The position numbers were made by a program, and so were the translations under genes. Below the pieces are notes generated by a model, which saw only the letters and a list, made by a program, of their open reading frames with translations, had not been told where the DNA came from and did not search any database. A stretch of DNA of 26,741 nt from assembly GCA_024626585.2 (NCBI GenBank), contig JANKJI020000004.1, positions 127,429,342-127,456,082 of the forward strand, read 5' to 3'. Shown here in pieces: positions 22,382 to 26,741 of this stretch. This DNA is from Ginkgo biloba. Taxonomy: Eukaryota; Plantae; Ginkgophyta. Each line of letters starts with the position of its first letter. Positions within the stretch are counted from its first letter, which is position 1.

Positions 22382-24068
22382 AATTGAGGAGGTTTTTGTT
22401 GTAAGGAGCCCATTAAAGTGTTGATTGTAAGGTATTACTAGCTTCGTGGAGACGGATCTGATCTGCATGTGCANNNNNNNNNNNNNNNNNNNNNNNNNNN
22501 NNNNNNNNNNNNNNNNNNNNNNNNNNNNNNNNNNNNNNNNNNNNNNNNNNNNNNNNNNNNNNNNNNNNNNNNNCATGAGAATTAAGAATATCATAAATAG
22601 TCACAATATAAAATTCATGGTAACTTTTACTACTCATCTTGTTGATATGATTGGATACCTCGATCGAGTTAATTCCATGTCATCTAATCAGAACAAATGT
22701 GCTACCTGGTTTTTTGTATTAGTGAGTACCTCTCAGCTCTACATTTCTGAGGATACTACTTAACTGTCTGACACATATGTTACGAATCTGTATTTAAAAG
22801 TGAAGCGTTGTAATTCATTGCTGATTCTTTTGTCAAAAGCTCTCTGATAATGCATGATGTGCTCTCTCTGTTTTTCTTCACTCACTCTTAATGATGTTAC
22901 AAATCGGATGTGATTTAGTTTGACTTAAAGATCTGTAATTATAGCAATTTCTTTGGCAGTGACTGATATTCAACAGATGACCATGAATGGTTCCATATAT
23001 GATTTATGTTTTAAATGCTACGTGCTTTTGACCCATTTCTATGTTTTATTTGCCCCCACTTCCTCTTGTGCATCTCTACAGTGCTTTACTTTATACTTGA
23101 ATATGTTTGTCTTTTTAATGTTGCGTCTCATGTGTGTTCTAATTCATAGATTACATAATAATGGCATACATTTTATGTCACATTTGAGTTTCTACAGAAT
23201 TACTTCAAGTCCTTTATAATGACAACAATGATGACGGCAACAACAACAATGCCAATGATGATTGATTGATTATTATGTTAGGATATTGAAACAAAACCCT
23301 CTCCTTTATGATCGATGGACTCTAAATTAGAGTATTAATTATTCGAAATCTATTAAAAATTAAAATACAAATAATACTATTATGTCCATTTAAAATTGGC
23401 TTGCCTAACCTATTAAATGAATTTTAAGATAATAACAAATTTAAATTGAAAATAATATTAAAATACCAATATTTTTATGATAACAAATAATGTTAAATAT
23501 CTATAGAAAATTATATGAAAATAATTCTTGCTACATTATTATGCATGCATGTGCAAGAGACAGAGAGACATCTTTGTTATATGTATTATATGATTAAATA
23601 AAGTGTGACTAATTGACCATAGTTAAATATTTGAAATATGTTGCTTTATAAAGTAATATTTGTTGGCCAATTGATTTCAATTAAAAAAAAACCTGTAATA
23701 TTTGTTGACTAGAATGTGGAGCTCACTACGTTTCATAGGCCTAGGTCCATGGTTAGCATGTATACTCATTCGCGGAGATTACACGCATGCAATTACGCAC
23801 ACATTCATTCATTATGCATTAGCACATAGAATATATGCATGAAATGAAACTCAACTCTCACACCCAAGTGGTATGCATTGAACTCAACTCTCCCCTCTAA
23901 CCCCTCACACTCTCCAAATTTATTACATCATATCATCTCCTTACAAATGTGAGAGACAACATTACAAANNNNNNNNNNNNNNNNNNNNNNNNNNNNNNNN
24001 NNNNNNNNNNNNNNNNNNNNNNNNNNNNNNNNNNNNNNNNNNNNNNNNNNNNNNNNNNNNNNNNNNNN

Positions 24069-25686
24069 CAAGTTAGATTAGAAGCGTCACCTATTGTTTC
24101 AATATAGGAGAAAAGAATGGGATGTGTAGTAGAAGTCCAAGGCAAAATGATCATAGAGAAAGTGAAACTTCTAACACTCCACCCCCTTTTTCTTCCGCCC
24201 ATGAACTTTCAATACGTTCAAGGAAATTGCTACTTTTTGCATGGTTTGGAGCTAGAGCTTTGTTATTATAGCGATTTTCCAACCGAGATTTTCATAGAAT
24301 AACTGCTTAATTCTCTTCCTTGGAGGAAGGCGACTTCATTGCAGGGATTATTTTGGAGATTTGCTACAGGTTTGAGCACAATGAACCCTTAGAGGAAGCC
24401 GAAGGCCTTCTTTGTACATAGTGATTGGTTTTTGCACTGCTCAACCTTCTACATCAAGGCACAACACTTTGATTGGCTAGATTGAAGTATTTTGCATCAC
24501 AGAGGTATTTTGGACTATAAGCCTTGACATTCTGTGGAGGTGAGTGTTTGATTTTGTAAGTATTTTTGAACTATAGCGTTGTTATTATTTCCAGAATAAA
24601 TAAATTAACAAAATTCCTACAGTTTTATATCATAATTATATTTCTGGGTTATGTTCATAGTAAGGATCGAAGCCCTAATATTAGGTGTTGTGGATTACTT
24701 GGGATAGAGAGCCCTTGATCATAGGGCTCATTTACTCTGTTTTGAGGCAATTATGGTGCAGTTATGAATTTGTTTTCATTTATACATGCCTTAATATAAA
24801 TTCTAAAATTTATCTTACTTGCACAATAGAAATCATAATGACTTTGCTTAGTACAGTTATGGCTCCAACCAATGATCTTCTAGGGGATTGAAAACCTTTA
24901 CCCGAGGCACCTCTTTCTAAGGATTCTTTTTAGCCCTAACATGCGTTAAGTAGGTCTACCGGTAATTGGCTTAGTACCTCTTTGTGGAATGGATGTTTGT
25001 ACACCTTTTTTATTGGTCTACAACTATTGGTGTAGTTGTAGGGTTTGTAGCTATTGGTGTAGCTACGAACCAAATGGCTATTTTTGTAGCCATACTCCAT
25101 GGTCTATTGGTGTAACCATGGTAATTTTCTATTGGTAGTGTTTTCGGTTCAGGGTCTATTAGTGTAGACTTATGTTTTTTAGTTGGAAACCACAAAACTA
25201 TCAATTAGGGATGGATACCTTAGCTTTCTAGGGTTTATCTTAATGCCAAAAAGGGGTCTAAATGACCTATGTCTAGTATCCTTGAATAAGCGAGGTTAAG
25301 GGGCGGAGCCTAGCAAATCTCTCATAACTTGTAGGTGCTATTGGTTGTATTTATGCATTGGAGGTTTGGCCGCTTGCTTTATTCAAGCTCTATAGGCAGT
25401 TCTTGTGGCCAAAAGAGGGTAGTTGGGACTCTAGCTACAAGTTGACTCTGATCTAACATTCTTTCCTACTGCTAACCTTAAAATTGACACTACCAAGTAA
25501 CGACTACCATAATTTAACAAGTTTGAATATCTGTTTTGTAATATCCTTTATCTCAATATTTATTTATGGTTATTTTTCAGTTTTAAATGCATGACTAGAG
25601 TTGCGTTATTGTCTTATGCATTTCTAAGCTTTGTTGCAAGTCTAATCTCTTTGTTTTGTAGATTAGAGTAAGGGTGGGTTGTTACA
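24069..25686 (+). mobile_element. 5' LTR of a Ty3/gypsy element (left boundary uncertain, possibly near 23694)
   Basis: Ends in GGGTGGGTTGTTACA directly before a PBS-like motif and a gag; contains degenerate CTATTGGTGTAG repeats at ~25011-25140. Confidence 0.6.
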
Positions 25687-25687
25687 T

Positions 25688-25700
25688 TGCCATCAGAGCC
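25688..25700 (+). promoter_or_regulatory. Degenerate tRNA-iMet primer binding site
   Basis: TGCCATCAGAGCC versus consensus TGGTATCAGAGC(C): 2 mismatches, 1 nt after the LTR-terminal CA. Confidence 0.7.
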
Positions 25701-26039
25701 CTGGAGAGATTTGATTCCAAGGATGGAATTTGCAATTTTGAAAGAATTGCATACTAAAATGCAAGCTATATATGTTGAATGGAAGTGGTGCAAGCCTTAT
25801 AAGGTAAATGCAAGGAATGGAAGGTAGGCAAGGATGAATTAATGTTGACTTACTTCTGTGGGAGGGATGTAAGAGATGGAAGCTATTGAGGAAGTCCTCA
25901 CCAAGGCTAATAAAGAGGAAGACCTTGTCCATGGGAACAACTCGAAGAGGAGCCACAAGATGCGGAAGGATCATACGACGACCAAGACCCTAAGCACAAA
26001 AGGAGTTGGTAGGTATGGGAATTGCTTCAATCCACTAAG

Positions 26040-26741
26040 TAGATGAAGAATGCATAGATTCTAGAGTACAATGGGCAAAGTGTTCGTTCTTCTTTTCGAG
26101 CCTGGTTGAGATTTGCTGAGACATTCTTCACCTCCATTAAGATTATGGAGGAGCATAAATTTCCTATGGTCACATTTGCACTCAAGGGACAAACTAAAGA
26201 ATGTTGGAATGGTGTTCTTATGAAGATGGATGCTTGCATGAGGCTAAGGTGATTTCATTAGAAAGAAATGAGGGAAATCATGTTGAAAAAATATGCATCG
26301 CAAAATGATGTACATGAGACTTATAATAAGTTGAGGTAATTAAATATACAACTATGGTGCAAGAATACAATAATGAATTTGATTTTTTGATTGCCAAACT
26401 GACTCTTTTGGCCATGCTCGTTAAAGTGTGTCGCATTTTACATGGTCTTAAGTCTCACATTAGACAATATAGTGGTGACAAGGCTTCAAATAGTAGAGGT
26501 GGTGGCCAATGCTACTTTGCAAGTAGAAACTGCTCACAATAGCTAGGTTGAACCCTACAAGAGACCGTTTAAAGATAAGAAAGGCTCCTCAGATTCCAAG
26601 AAGCCTTTCTTCAAGCCAAGAAAGAAGCCTTTTGGTACAAAGAAGTTGTTTTCCCCAAGGCCAACAAAAACCATCGATCAAATGTTTTGAATGTGGAGGT
26701 AATCATTTTTTTGGCGGAATTGTCAATGACTCTAAAAAGAA
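26040..26741 (+). mobile_element. Decayed Ty3/gypsy gag with zinc knuckle, truncated by the window end
   Basis: LEYNG...AWLRFAETFF...EEHKFPMVTFALKGQTKECWN; VQEYNNEFDFLIAKL; CFECGGNH...RNC at 26683-26723 with a 1-nt frameshift in the T run. Confidence 0.8.

Noticed and set aside
22446-23219. Downstream RING/LOTUS exon or ORFs 22446-22763 and 22953-23219
   Set aside because: No Cys/His RING spacing; the T-rich sequence looks like intron or 3' UTR. Gap 22474-22573 could still hide an exon.

Overview
AT-rich, gappy eukaryotic scaffold. Splice signals and TE types point to a large plant genome, probably gymnosperm-like (inference). 1-9 kb is a graveyard of decayed retroelements: a minus-strand Ty3/gypsy gag, a plus-strand gypsy gag, a LINE endonuclease fragment and a gypsy integrase. 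The centre holds one clear host gene on the + strand: an ankyrin-repeat exon (~18075-19379) and an exon (20814-~22381) encoding a TIS11-type CCCH finger, an RRM and a Ser-rich disordered tail. From recollection this resembles the rice MEL2 family of germline RNA-binding proteins. An LTR-like insertion with nested hairpins splits the gene, and the last exon has an apparent 1-nt frameshift. Upstream, inside its probable 5' intron, are what look like relics of a MIKC*-type MADS-box gene: MADS-, micro-exon- and K-like parts on + (16177-17490) and a C-terminal exon pair on - (14521-15083). One K-like exon can splice in frame onto the ankyrin exon. The right end is a gypsy LTR, degenerate PBS and decayed gag. 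Family assignments come from motifs read by eye; no searches were run, and N-gaps hide key junctions.
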